From a bacterium (lineage in GTDB: Bacteria; Patescibacteriota; Microgenomatia; Curtissbacterales; GWA2-41-24): DNA of 64,000 nt. The notes beneath the pieces are model-generated. The model saw only the letters and a program-made list of their open reading frames with translations. It was not told the origin of the DNA and did no database searches. Where the stretch lies: the NCBI GenBank assembly GCA_021813945.1, contig JAKAJD010000001.1, positions 270,742 through 334,741 on the forward strand, given 5' to 3'. Of this stretch, positions 1 through 8,237 are shown one piece after another. The translations under genes were made by a program, and so were the position numbers. Each line of letters begins with the position of its first letter. Within the stretch, counting starts at the first letter, position 1.

Positions 1-281
1 CAATCTACGAAGATACTGGAAACTATAAATTTCAGACCTTTGCTTATTCTCCTGCAATATACACTTATGATTATGATTATATCTTCTACTGGTTGGGTAC
101 CTACTACAAGTCGCAACCAAGCCAAAACAGTCAAAAAACTGTTTATTTGATTATTCCAAACACATCAAAAGACATTTATTATGATTTTATAAACTACAAA
201 ACTCCAAACGGCATTTACAAATCTAAAAAAGTTTGGGTTATGATTGACGGAACAACAATTTTAAAAAGAGAAAAGAACTAA
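1..281 (+). CDS. C-terminal part of an ArnT/PMT-like (GT-C) membrane glycosyltransferase, truncated by the window edge
   Basis: Frame is open from position 3 (IYEDTGNYKFQTFAYSPAIYTYDYDYIFYW...), resembling the C-terminal FGYFVYSP...Y segment of the paralog at 8915-10456. Confidence 0.6.
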   Translation, partial: IYEDTGNYKFQTFAYSPAIYTYDYDYIFYWLGTYYKSQPSQNSQKTVYLIIPNTSKDIYYDFINYKTPNGIYKSKKVWVMIDGTTILKREKN

Positions 282-283
282 CT

Positions 284-1783
284 ATGCAAAAAAAACATGT
301 TATTTTTGCAACAATTGTTGCTTTAGGTTTAGTCCTTAGACTTTACGGAGGTACGAATTCAGTACTTTTTACCTATGACCAGGCAAGAGATGCAATTTAT
401 GCGCAAAATATTTTAAGTGGACATCTCAAAATAGTAGGCCCGCCAACAGACATTCCTGGCTTTTTCCATGGACCTCTGTATTTATACTTAATTACGCCCT
501 TTTACTATTTATCGGGTGGTTATCCGAATTTTGTGTTACTGGAGCTAGTCTTAATAAATCTTGCAACATTAATACCTATATTCTTTCTTACCCAGAAACT
601 GTTCAAAAATGACACCATATCACTTATCAGTATCCTTTTATTTGCCACTTCTTTTGAGGCAGTAAGTTACGCACGCTGGATCTCAAACCCTGCACCTGCA
701 ATATTAGCTCTGGCACTGGTTTACTTGGGCTTATGGATAGTTATTGAAAGAGAAAAATTAGGTTGGATTCTACTTGCTGTGGGAAGTGGCGTTGCCATTC
801 AAGTCCAGTCCTTTTTATTGTATTTAATCCCTTTTATAATTTTTTGTTTATTAGTTTATAGAGTTAAAATAAAGCCAAAAAGCTATGTAATTTTTTCAGT
901 CGTCATTCTTTTATTCTTAACAGCCTCATACGCCTTAGCAGATATTAAATTTCATTTTCAAGGATCCAAGCACCTATTGGAGTACCTTTTATCATCACTA
1001 AACTCCGGTAGCGTAAAGGGCCCAAATATTACAAGCTATCAAAAACACATTTCGGCTCTTTTTTCTGCAAACCTCTTCTATAATTCCAAGCTTGCTTCAA
1101 ACATCCTTGCGCTTGTCATATTTTTTACAAGCATTAAATTAATATGGCAAAAAATCGACAAGAAACCGTTGATATTTAATCTGCTAATTTTTTTCTCAGG
1201 ATTAACGGTCTTTTTATTTTCAAAGTTTAACGCGCAATTTCTAACAATTGGTTCAACCGTTCCATTTATCGTTCTTTCAAGCTATGTTTTACATAAATTT
1301 ACCGTGATATCTAAAAAACTAGGTTATTTATTAATAGCCCTTATCGTCGCCCTAAACGTCTATACGACACTTGCTAAAAATAAACAGGGCAATGTACTTT
1401 TCCAAATCCAAGACGGCATGAAATTCGGCGATGAAATGAAATTGGTAAAAAGAACGTACGATATAAGTGGCAATGATAAATTCAGCATAAATGCGGTAAC
1501 CGCCCCACTTTTTGTTCCAACAAAATGGGCTTATTTATACGAGATTTATGCAAAAAAATACCATAAAGAGAAACCCTTTTTTCACGGAGATTCGGACCCG
1601 ACATCTGTTGGGTATGACATACTTTCCAGATCGGGCGAGGCGACAAAAAATGAATTTACGATTGTTGAACCTGGTTTGCCTGATTTTTGGGTAAAAAAAG
1701 CAGTCCAGGCAGACGACAAGAGGAAGCCCCAAAAGCACACAGAAAATGTTGGTATTTTCAAACTGATCGTAAGAAGGGACTAA
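284..1783 (+). CDS. ArnT/PMT-family (GT-C) membrane glycosyltransferase
   Basis: Many TM segments; FTYDQARD and GPPT...FFHGPLY motifs. Confidence 0.75.
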   Translation: MQKKHVIFATIVALGLVLRLYGGTNSVLFTYDQARDAIYAQNILSGHLKIVGPPTDIPGFFHGPLYLYLITPFYYLSGGYPNFVLLELVLINLATLIPIFFLTQKLFKNDTISLISILLFATSFEAVSYARWISNPAPAILALALVYLGLWIVIEREKLGWILLAVGSGVAIQVQSFLLYLIPFIIFCLLVYRVKIKPKSYVIFSVVILLFLTASYALADIKFHFQGSKHLLEYLLSSLNSGSVKGPNITSYQKHISALFSANLFYNSKLASNILALVIFFTSIKLIWQKIDKKPLIFNLLIFFSGLTVFLFSKFNAQFLTIGSTVPFIVLSSYVLHKFTVISKKLGYLLIALIVALNVYTTLAKNKQGNVLFQIQDGMKFGDEMKLVKRTYDISGNDKFSINAVTAPLFVPTKWAYLYEIYAKKYHKEKPFFHGDSDPTSVGYDILSRSGEATKNEFTIVEPGLPDFWVKKAVQADDKRKPQKHTENVGIFKLIVRRD

Positions 1784-1815
1784 CGTTTATGCTGTATTCT
1801 ACATCGCCGATAAGG

Positions 1816-1888
1816 CGCCCGCGGAGGGATTCGAACCCCCAACCAATCGCTTAGAACGCGAGTGCTCTATCCGTTGAGCTACGCGGGC
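1816..1888 (-). tRNA. tRNA-Arg(TCT)
   Basis: Cloverleaf on the reverse strand, anticodon loop GTTCTAA, T-arm GGTTCGAATCC. Confidence 0.9.
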
Positions 1889-1940
1889 TTCTCAAATCGG
1901 TTTCATTTTACCGCTTCATTCCAAAGAGATAAAGCTTAAC

Positions 1941-2070
1941 CGTTTCCTCATTTTTCTTTTTCAAAATGCAAAGCATTTTGACCCAAAATTCTTACGAATT
2001 TTGGAGAGGAAGAACAAATATGCGTTTAGTCTTTTTTGAAAGACGTCAAGCAATATTTAGTTCTGACGTG
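1941..2070. repeat. Structured multi-hairpin tRNA-spacer element, copy A
   Basis: Contains palindrome TCAAAATGCAAAGCATTTTGA (1961-1981), identical to 7678-7698, plus three further hairpins. Confidence 0.65.
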
Positions 2071-2141
2071 AGCGGGTGAAGGGAATCGAACCCTCGTGTC
2101 CAGTTTGGAAAACTGGTGTTCTGCCATTGAACTACACCCGC
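2071..2141 (-). tRNA. tRNA-Gly(TCC)
   Basis: Reverse-strand cloverleaf GCGGGTG...TTTCCAA...CACCCGCT. Confidence 0.95.
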
Positions 2142-2182
2142 AAGCTTGACCATTTTACCAAAGTATCCATGTCCAAATCACC

Positions 2183-2962
2183 CTATAAATCAATTTCCAG
2201 CTCTGCAATAACAGGCAAGTGATCAGATACTGTAATTTCGGGTACCGTAATCGAATTAAGTTTAAACTCCGCTGAAGCAAATATGTAATCGATCAAAAAA
2301 CCCAATGGCGCAATTTTGTGAACCTTTAAATTAGTTGTAACCTTTGCATCGGCTTGAATCATAAGATTATTGGCAACTTTCCCTATCAATTCGACAGTTT
2401 TGCTAGTCATAACTGCATTTAAATCTCCGCCCAAAATGAATGGATCATTAAGTTTTTTCAGATAATCGTAGACCATATTAGCCTGCCGCATAGTCTCTGC
2501 TGTATCCTGAGGAGGAGCAGTCCAAGCGCCGTGCCAGGACATAATGTGAAAGTCAGAGCCATGAAAGTTTACAACTGCATCCAAAAGACTGCGGCCAATT
2601 TGCTCACGAATCTCACCGGACTCTCCGTCTAGCTCCTCGTTTGTAACAGCTCTAAAACTCTTAAGTACCAAAGAATTCTTGCCCACCATTTTATGCTTAC
2701 TAAAAACTGCATTTCCGAACCTGGCTTTTTCGTCACCAATCAGTTTTAAATCTCCGTTATAAACACCACCCACTCCTAATTTAGAACCAAGCACGGCAAA
2801 AATATCCTTGTTGTCTCCTTCATACAAACTAAATCCGCTAGTGGTAACTTCCTGCATGGTCACAAAATCAGGATCTTCTTTTTTCAAAAAATCCACAAGC
2901 GTATCCAGGTAGCGGCCTTTATAAATATTTATCTGGACAATCTTTATCTTGTAGGTGGACAT
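2183..2962 (-). CDS. Endonuclease/exonuclease/phosphatase (EEP) family protein
   Basis: N-terminal QINI, MQEV, GGDLN, IDYIF and SDHLP motifs. Confidence 0.9.
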   Translation of the reverse strand: MSTYKIKIVQINIYKGRYLDTLVDFLKKEDPDFVTMQEVTTSGFSLYEGDNKDIFAVLGSKLGVGGVYNGDLKLIGDEKARFGNAVFSKHKMVGKNSLVLKSFRAVTNEELDGESGEIREQIGRSLLDAVVNFHGSDFHIMSWHGAWTAPPQDTAETMRQANMVYDYLKKLNDPFILGGDLNAVMTSKTVELIGKVANNLMIQADAKVTTNLKVHKIAPLGFLIDYIFASAEFKLNSITVPEITVSDHLPVIAELEIDL

Positions 2963-2977
2963 TGCTAAAATAAAATT

Positions 2978-3424
2978 ATGAGACGCGGATTTGTCTTACC
3001 GATAATTATATTACTATTCGTTGTCGGAGTAACATATTTTATCTACGCAAAATATTCAAAATCACCTAACGAAAAAACAATGCAAACCGCATCAACAATA
3101 TATAAATATCCCAACAGTACGTCTTGGGAGATAAAGCCGCACCACAACCTTTGCGTCAATCCCAAAGATTCATGCGTTCAGCCTGCAGATATTATATTCA
3201 CCACTAATAACCAATGGGCAGAAATATACGCTTATTACAAAAGTTATTTGATAGATTACGGTTGGGAAACAAATAGTACGGTTTATACATCAATACCAAC
3301 CGGCATAGTATTCGAAAAAGAGGACTGTAAGTTGTTCTTACAACCAGCAGAAGGCGTTAACTTCTTGAGTGACAAAGCTGCAAAACCTCCCTACAAATTC
3401 ACATTTAGTGTTACTTGCCAGTAA
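2978..3424 (+). CDS. Membrane-anchored/secreted hypothetical protein with a pilin-like N-terminus (MRRGF+hydrophobic)
   Basis: Basic residues, GF, then one hydrophobic helix. Confidence 0.55.
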   Translation: MRRGFVLPIIILLFVVGVTYFIYAKYSKSPNEKTMQTASTIYKYPNSTSWEIKPHHNLCVNPKDSCVQPADIIFTTNNQWAEIYAYYKSYLIDYGWETNSTVYTSIPTGIVFEKEDCKLFLQPAEGVNFLSDKAAKPPYKFTFSVTCQ

Positions 3425-3426
3425 GC

Positions 3427-4164
3427 TTAAGCAGCCATAGTTCCTTTTTCAAAAACGATATTTGCAAGCTTATTCAAATTTGAAACGCCAAAGCGGGAAA
3501 TAGCTCTATGTGCCATGCTTTCAGCTTCTCTCAAAAAGGCTTCTTCGCTAGAAAAACCGGACCAAGGCAGCGAAACTGCAATTCTGGCTTTTGCCCTCGC
3601 GCTAGCCATATCGGCACCAATTCCTGAGGGCTTATCACCACTCATAATCGCTGCGATTTTCCCACCATAACTTATAGCAGCACTTTGTAAAAGCCATCTA
3701 TCAAATCTCAAGCCGGCAGGAGGTATACACTCAGTTAGGCCCAGATAATAACCATTTGGAACATTAGTCATTGAGGCGACATGCCAACCACAAACGGCCG
3801 CAACAACACCGTGACCACCCTCATGCCTAGCAACAGAAATTCTAAGTATGTCCTCTTCTGCTTCCTTATTAAGCTCGTCATATAAACCGTCATCCAAAAT
3901 AGAGACTATCAGCTCATTGCCCAAAATTAGTTTATCCTCAATACCGGCCGCTTCGCGCGTTTTGCAAAGGTTCTCGTATCGACTGGCTACTTTTTCCTTA
4001 AGCTGGCCCGGATCCTGGCCTTGAACAATCGAGCGAAAATTAGCAAGATTTACACCTTCTGCAACGGGGAGCCCGGAAAACGCGTCAAATACCTGATCAC
4101 GCTTCTGACGGTACGCAGCTAAATCAACAATATTTGGACCTAAACGCTCACTCATGAACCCCAT
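3427..4164 (-). CDS. Stand-alone FtsH/M41-like zinc metallopeptidase domain protein
   Basis: ARHEGGHGVVA (HExxH) and a downstream G..AD motif; no AAA domain. Confidence 0.65.
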   Translation of the reverse strand: MGFMSERLGPNIVDLAAYRQKRDQVFDAFSGLPVAEGVNLANFRSIVQGQDPGQLKEKVASRYENLCKTREAAGIEDKLILGNELIVSILDDGLYDELNKEAEEDILRISVARHEGGHGVVAAVCGWHVASMTNVPNGYYLGLTECIPPAGLRFDRWLLQSAAISYGGKIAAIMSGDKPSGIGADMASARAKARIAVSLPWSGFSSEEAFLREAESMAHRAISRFGVSNLNKLANIVFEKGTMAA

Positions 4165-4243
4165 ATTTTACCTCAAAACCATTGATTTTTCTAAAATTTG
4201 GGTTTAAAGTTAACTAATCTTAAGCAAAAAGGGGGTGATTTAA

Positions 4244-4681
4244 ATGGCTGCAAAATCAGTAAACCAAATCGACACAACTTTAGAAGATTTTTTCAAGAAG
4301 ATGCCCCCTTTACCGCCCAACGCAGTTGACGCAATTTTCAAAATTACACCATGGTTAGCTTTAATCTTTGGTATTTTAGGAGTAATTGGAGCACTTTCCG
4401 CATTCGGAATTCTAACAGCGCTGTCTCCATTTGCCATGATGGCAGGAGCACACAACTGGGGTCTTGGCATCTTCGCAGCAGTTGGATGGCTTGTATCAAG
4501 CGTCCTTATGCTTATTGCATATCCCGGCCTTAAAGCCGGCAAAATGAACGGCTGGAACATGTTATTTTGGAGCGAAGCGGTAAACGTGGTTGCGTCGGTT
4601 ATAGGTATTTCCATATCAAGCATCATCGGTGCGGCAATTGGTTTTTACCTTATCTACCAAATCAAACCAAAGTACAAGTAA
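4244..4681 (+). CDS. Small multi-pass membrane protein
   Basis: GGGGGTG SD-like site; four hydrophobic segments. Confidence 0.7.
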   Translation: MAAKSVNQIDTTLEDFFKKMPPLPPNAVDAIFKITPWLALIFGILGVIGALSAFGILTALSPFAMMAGAHNWGLGIFAAVGWLVSSVLMLIAYPGLKAGKMNGWNMLFWSEAVNVVASVIGISISSIIGAAIGFYLIYQIKPKYK

Positions 4682-4804
4682 AGTTAAGGTTCGATACTGG
4701 GAAACTATTCGAAATTTTTTTAGTGGTCAAAAACAGGGATTGACAAAGTAATTCAGTCAGTATTATCATTTTCACAGCTGCAGCCCACAGGCGCAGTTTT
4801 TTAA

Positions 4805-5125
4805 ATGGAGAAAGATCAAAGAACAAGAGGCAATAGGGAAGCCCTGAAACACGAAGAGCGTGCATACGGAACAGCCTTTAGGGCAGGTACACACCCGGAT
4901 CCGGAAGATGAGTACATAGTTCATCATGTGCCAGATTCTGGCAAAATAGCGCAAGAACTCACCCAAACCATATCAATCTTAGATGCGGCCCCTCCCAGCG
5001 ATGTGACTGTTTGGGAACTTCATGTACACAGAACACCAACACCATCGATAAACGGAAGATCAAATGGTGTCTCACCGGAAGTTTCAGGAATAAAGGCTGA
5101 CCCAACAAGTCAAGTTCAAAAATGA
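4805..5125 (+). CDS. Hypothetical protein
   Basis: ORF behind a TTGACA/TATCAT promoter; its stop overlaps the next start (ATGA). Confidence 0.55.
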   Translation: MEKDQRTRGNREALKHEERAYGTAFRAGTHPDPEDEYIVHHVPDSGKIAQELTQTISILDAAPPSDVTVWELHVHRTPTPSINGRSNGVSPEVSGIKADPTSQVQK

Positions 5126-5352
5126 ACAAGATAGAATCAGGTGTTTCACCTGTGTTTTTTCACAGAACCGCCCAAGGACTAAGTTTCCGCCGCATGGGGG
5201 CTATGATTCCCGAAGACGCAATAGCAATGCATCCCGTTCCAAATACAGCCAACCTAATCAGTCCCCAAAATACCTTGCCAGAAAAAAGAGATGTTGAACT
5301 GATAATCGAAGCAAGCCAAACCACAATCAGGGCACACCTTCCAGAAGAATAA
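5122..5352 (+). CDS. Hypothetical protein
   Basis: Translationally coupled to the previous ORF. Confidence 0.5.
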   Translation: MNKIESGVSPVFFHRTAQGLSFRRMGAMIPEDAIAMHPVPNTANLISPQNTLPEKRDVELIIEASQTTIRAHLPEE

Positions 5353-5403
5353 CCTCCTGCTATACCTTATTAATAGACTTCCAATAAAGTTATAATAATT
5401 CTT

Positions 5404-6405
5404 GTGGAGAACACCAAAATGGAATCTAAAAGAAACACTAAAGTTAAGTGGAATAATAAGGTAAAACTGATCATCTCAGACGTAGACGAAACCGTCGCAG
5501 ATTTGTACGTCCCAGCAGACCCTAAAATGGCAGACGAGCTCGCAAAACTGCTGAAAGAGGGAAGGTCGATATTCTTTGTAACCGGCCAAAGCGTAGATAG
5601 CATTCAGTGGAGAATAGTCGAGCAGATACCAAAAGATTTAAGAAGAAGAATACTAATAGGCCACTGCAGCGGGGCAGAGGTTTTGGGTTATGACGAACAA
5701 GGCAACCGAAAAGAAAAACCCTATTATAGTGTTTACGAGCAAGCCATGACACAACGCCAAAAAGAAAAATGGCGGGATGTCGTAAAACAACTCGTACAAG
5801 AATTTCAGTTGGAAGTTTATAGCACGATGTCGGTCGAAGAATTCAAAAAGAAGGCAGGGGACCACCCAAAAGCCATCATGCTGGAGGATAGGGGACCACA
5901 GATAACTTTCGAGGTTGTAAACGGTTATGATTTAACACCCGAGCAGGCTGCAAAGTTGGAAACCGATGTACCCGAAACAAACGGGTCTTACGATTTAAGA
6001 ATCCCCATTGTCGAAAGAGCCCAGCAATTAATTGACGAGGCCAACCTTCCTGTGAGCCCTAAAATAGCCGGTGTTTTTGCTGTAGATTTAACCGTAAAAG
6101 GCGTTAATAAAACAACTTCCGTCAAGCGGGTTTTGGAAGATCCGGGAATTCTTTCATCCATAGGCCTTAACAAAGAAGACCTCGACGACCCAAACCATAT
6201 CGAAGTTTGGGGCGATAAATTTTCAACAATTCGGGGCGGCACAGACAGGCACATAAGCGAAGCTTTACCTCAAGCGGTTCGCTCTATCGACTTCAGGGAA
6301 GAAAATCCGGAAGAGTTTGAAACAAGCTACAACATTGTACTTTGGAAAGGCCAAAACCACTTGCACCATGGTTTGCTGGAATACCTTCAATCTAGACACG
6401 AATAG
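5404..6405 (+). CDS. HAD-superfamily IIB hydrolase, phosphomannomutase-like
   Basis: DVDET motif I, VTG motif II, KGVNK and GDKF...GGTD motifs. Confidence 0.75.
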   Translation: MENTKMESKRNTKVKWNNKVKLIISDVDETVADLYVPADPKMADELAKLLKEGRSIFFVTGQSVDSIQWRIVEQIPKDLRRRILIGHCSGAEVLGYDEQGNRKEKPYYSVYEQAMTQRQKEKWRDVVKQLVQEFQLEVYSTMSVEEFKKKAGDHPKAIMLEDRGPQITFEVVNGYDLTPEQAAKLETDVPETNGSYDLRIPIVERAQQLIDEANLPVSPKIAGVFAVDLTVKGVNKTTSVKRVLEDPGILSSIGLNKEDLDDPNHIEVWGDKFSTIRGGTDRHISEALPQAVRSIDFREENPEEFETSYNIVLWKGQNHLHHGLLEYLQSRHE

Positions 6406-6458
6406 ACACTCAAGACGAAAAAAAGTCTGCAATATTAGACGAACTTCTAAACTTAGAT

Positions 6459-7052
6459 TTAATTTAAATATCTTAAATTAAACGCAATATGAGCCGAAGT
6501 ATTTGAACCGAAACCAAATTTCCTCTGTAAATACCACAACATTAAACCTCCTGTTGTTTGAACAGTTGGAATAGTATTTGTATCAAAACCTTTTTCAGTA
6601 ACATTATGCGATAGACCAAATATCAAAGACGCAGGAATACCGACTAACAACTCGCGCCTTGAAAGTGTAAGGCCCCCAGATCCAGAAATAAAACTTTTAG
6701 CGGCAATTTCAACATTATCAATATCACGCAAAGAGTTACTAGAAGCATCCAATAAAAAACTCGGTAAACCCCTATAAGCACCTTCCTCGATCACAGGATA
6801 CAAAGTCGAATATATAATTCTATCTGAAACAGGGAATCTGTAATTGCTTACGCAACTGTCAAAATCGGAACTTTTCGAGCATTCATCTGCTGCCATTTGC
6901 TGCTTAAATGCATTCTCACTTTTAAAAGAAGTATGTTCTTCAACCGCAGTATTAATATTTCCATTTTGAGACTCTAGAGCAAGCCCTGAACCAACCCCTA
7001 TAACTACCCCAAGCATTCCCTTAATAAAAGTTCGGCGGGAAACTTCTTTCAT
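6459..7052 (-). CDS. CPBP (CAAX protease/Abi) family intramembrane metalloprotease with twin-arginine-like N-terminus
   Basis: EEGAYR, FGLSH and HIAFN motifs; SRRTFIKG N-terminus. Confidence 0.7.
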   Translation of the reverse strand: MKEVSRRTFIKGMLGVVIGVGSGLALESQNGNINTAVEEHTSFKSENAFKQQMAADECSKSSDFDSCVSNYRFPVSDRIIYSTLYPVIEEGAYRGLPSFLLDASSNSLRDIDNVEIAAKSFISGSGGLTLSRRELLVGIPASLIFGLSHNVTEKGFDTNTIPTVQTTGGLMLWYLQRKFGFGSNTSAHIAFNLRYLN

Positions 7053-7101
7053 AAGGGTAATATTATAAGTAAATAAGAAGAATTATGCAACCTATAGTCT
7101 G

Positions 7102-7175
7102 TCGGGGAGAAAGGACTTGAACCTTCGACCTCTGCTTCCCAAAAGCAGCGCTCTAGCCAACTGAGCTACTCCCCG
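7102..7175 (-). tRNA. tRNA-Pro(TGG)
   Basis: Reverse-strand cloverleaf, anticodon loop TTTGGGA. Confidence 0.95.
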
Positions 7176-7181
7176 TCGAGT

Positions 7182-7213
7182 GTTTACACTGAGGTCTGCA
7201 TAACAGACCGAAG
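7182..7213 (-). repeat. CTTCG-hairpin-CTCAG(T/C)GTAAAC repeat directly 3' of tRNA-Leu
   Basis: Reverse strand CTTC-GGTCTG-TTATG-CAGACC-TCAGTGTAAAC; homologous to 7843-7873. Confidence 0.75.
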
Positions 7214-7297
7214 TGCCGAGGGAGGGACTCGAACCCTCACGACCTTGCGGTCATCAGATTTTAAGTCTGACGTGTATACCGATTTCACCACCCCGGC
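7214..7297 (-). tRNA. tRNA-Leu(TAA)
   Basis: Reverse-strand cloverleaf with long variable arm, anticodon loop CTTAAAA. Confidence 0.95.
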
Positions 7298-7364
7298 GGC
7301 TTATGCATTTTAGCCTAAATTGACCTCTTGTTTCAATCAAAACTGGCCGTTAAAATTACCTGAC

Positions 7365-7619
7365 ATGAAAGATTCCAACGACGATCCATACATTCCGGTT
7401 GTCAACGACGGTGATGATAACGACGTTACTGACATTGGTGACGATGATGACACTAAATCGCCGGCTGTCGCAGGTGAAGAAGACCCGTTTTCTGGGGATG
7501 CAACATCTTCCGAATCGCCGGATATAGACGAAGAATTACAAAAAGTCGGCCTGACAAGTGACGAAGACGGCGTGAGGCCTCTTGATGTTGACGAGGAATT
7601 GGAAGAAGAAGACCAGTAA
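7365..7619 (+). CDS. Small, extremely acidic (D/E-rich) protein
   Basis: ATG 8 nt after TAAAAT; sequence dominated by Asp and Glu. Confidence 0.6.
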   Translation: MKDSNDDPYIPVVNDGDDNDVTDIGDDDDTKSPAVAGEEDPFSGDATSSESPDIDEELQKVGLTSDEDGVRPLDVDEELEEEDQ

Positions 7620-7664
7620 TTTAATCCCTAAAAATTTTTATTGTGATAAAATTATGAGGCTAAC

Positions 7665-7769
7665 ACGTCTCAAAATATCAAAATGCAAAGCATTTTGAAG
7701 AGGAGAAATGATAAAGCAATTAAAGTTTTGCAAAACGCAAAACGGAAATAGCGATATCTATTTCGACGA
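7665..7769. repeat. Structured multi-hairpin tRNA-spacer element, copy B
   Basis: Shares the 21-nt palindrome with 1961-1981; hairpins GTTTTGC/GCAAAAC and GAAATAG/CTATTTC; CGTC...GACG ends. Confidence 0.65.
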
Positions 7770-7842
7770 GCGCCTGTAGCTCAACGGATAGAGCACTCGT
7801 CTTCGGAACGAGTGGTTGGGGGTTCGAATCCCTCCAGGCGCG
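7770..7842 (+). tRNA. tRNA-Arg(TCG)
   Basis: Cloverleaf with CTCGT-CTTCGGA-ACGAG anticodon arm. Confidence 0.95.
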
Positions 7843-7873
7843 CTTCGATCTGAAATCAGATCTCAGCGTAAAC
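7843..7873 (+). repeat. CTTCG-hairpin-CTCAGCGTAAAC repeat directly 3' of tRNA-Arg
   Basis: CTTC-GATCTG-AAAT-CAGATC-TCAGCGTAAAC; stem covaries with the 7182-7213 copy. Confidence 0.75.
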
Positions 7874-7875
7874 GC

Positions 7876-8175
7876 ATGCAGTGGTACGTTTATATCTTAA
7901 GCTGTGCCGACGGTATTTATTACACAGGAATTACTACTGACTTAAATAGACGAGTAGATCAGCACAATTCTAAGAAGGGCGCAAAATCTTTACGAGGAAA
8001 GCTGCCTGTAAAAATCGTTTACAATGAATCTTACAAGGATCATGTATTAGCTGCAAAAAGGGAAAGAGAAATTAAAGGATGGAGAAGAGAAAAAAAGACT
8101 TTGCTAGTAGAAGACTTTAGCCTCAGAACGAAAGAAGGCTTTAGCCTGAGGAGCAAAGCGACGAAGGCCCGCTAG
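7876..8175 (+). CDS. Small GIY-YIG nuclease (UPF0213/YhbQ-like)
   Basis: WYVYIL...YYTGIT.DL.RR..QHN...GAK...A.KRE..IK; the real start is ATG 7876 because the longer ORF begins inside the tRNA. Confidence 0.9.
   Translation: MQWYVYILSCADGIYYTGITTDLNRRVDQHNSKKGAKSLRGKLPVKIVYNESYKDHVLAAKREREIKGWRREKKTLLVEDFSLRTKEGFSLRSKATKAR
8115..8167 (-). repeat. Two tandem copies (one degenerate) of the CTTCG...CTCAG repeat in inverted orientation
   Basis: Plus strand CTTTAGCCTCAGAACGAAAGAAGG / CTTTAGCCTGAGGAGCAAAGCGACGAAGG; the reverse complement of the second is CCTTCG...CTCAGGCTAAAG. Confidence 0.6.
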
Positions 8176-8237
8176 CTCAATGGTAGAGCAGTTGCCTCTT
8201 AAGCAATTGGTTACAGGTTCGAATCCTGTGCGGGTCA
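8166..8237 (+). tRNA. tRNA-Lys(CTT)
   Basis: Cloverleaf with GTTGC-CTCTTAA-GCAAT anticodon arm. Confidence 0.95.

Noticed and set aside
7816-7875. N-terminal extension of the GIY-YIG ORF
   Set aside because: It lies within tRNA-Arg and the repeat; the domain begins at ATG 7876
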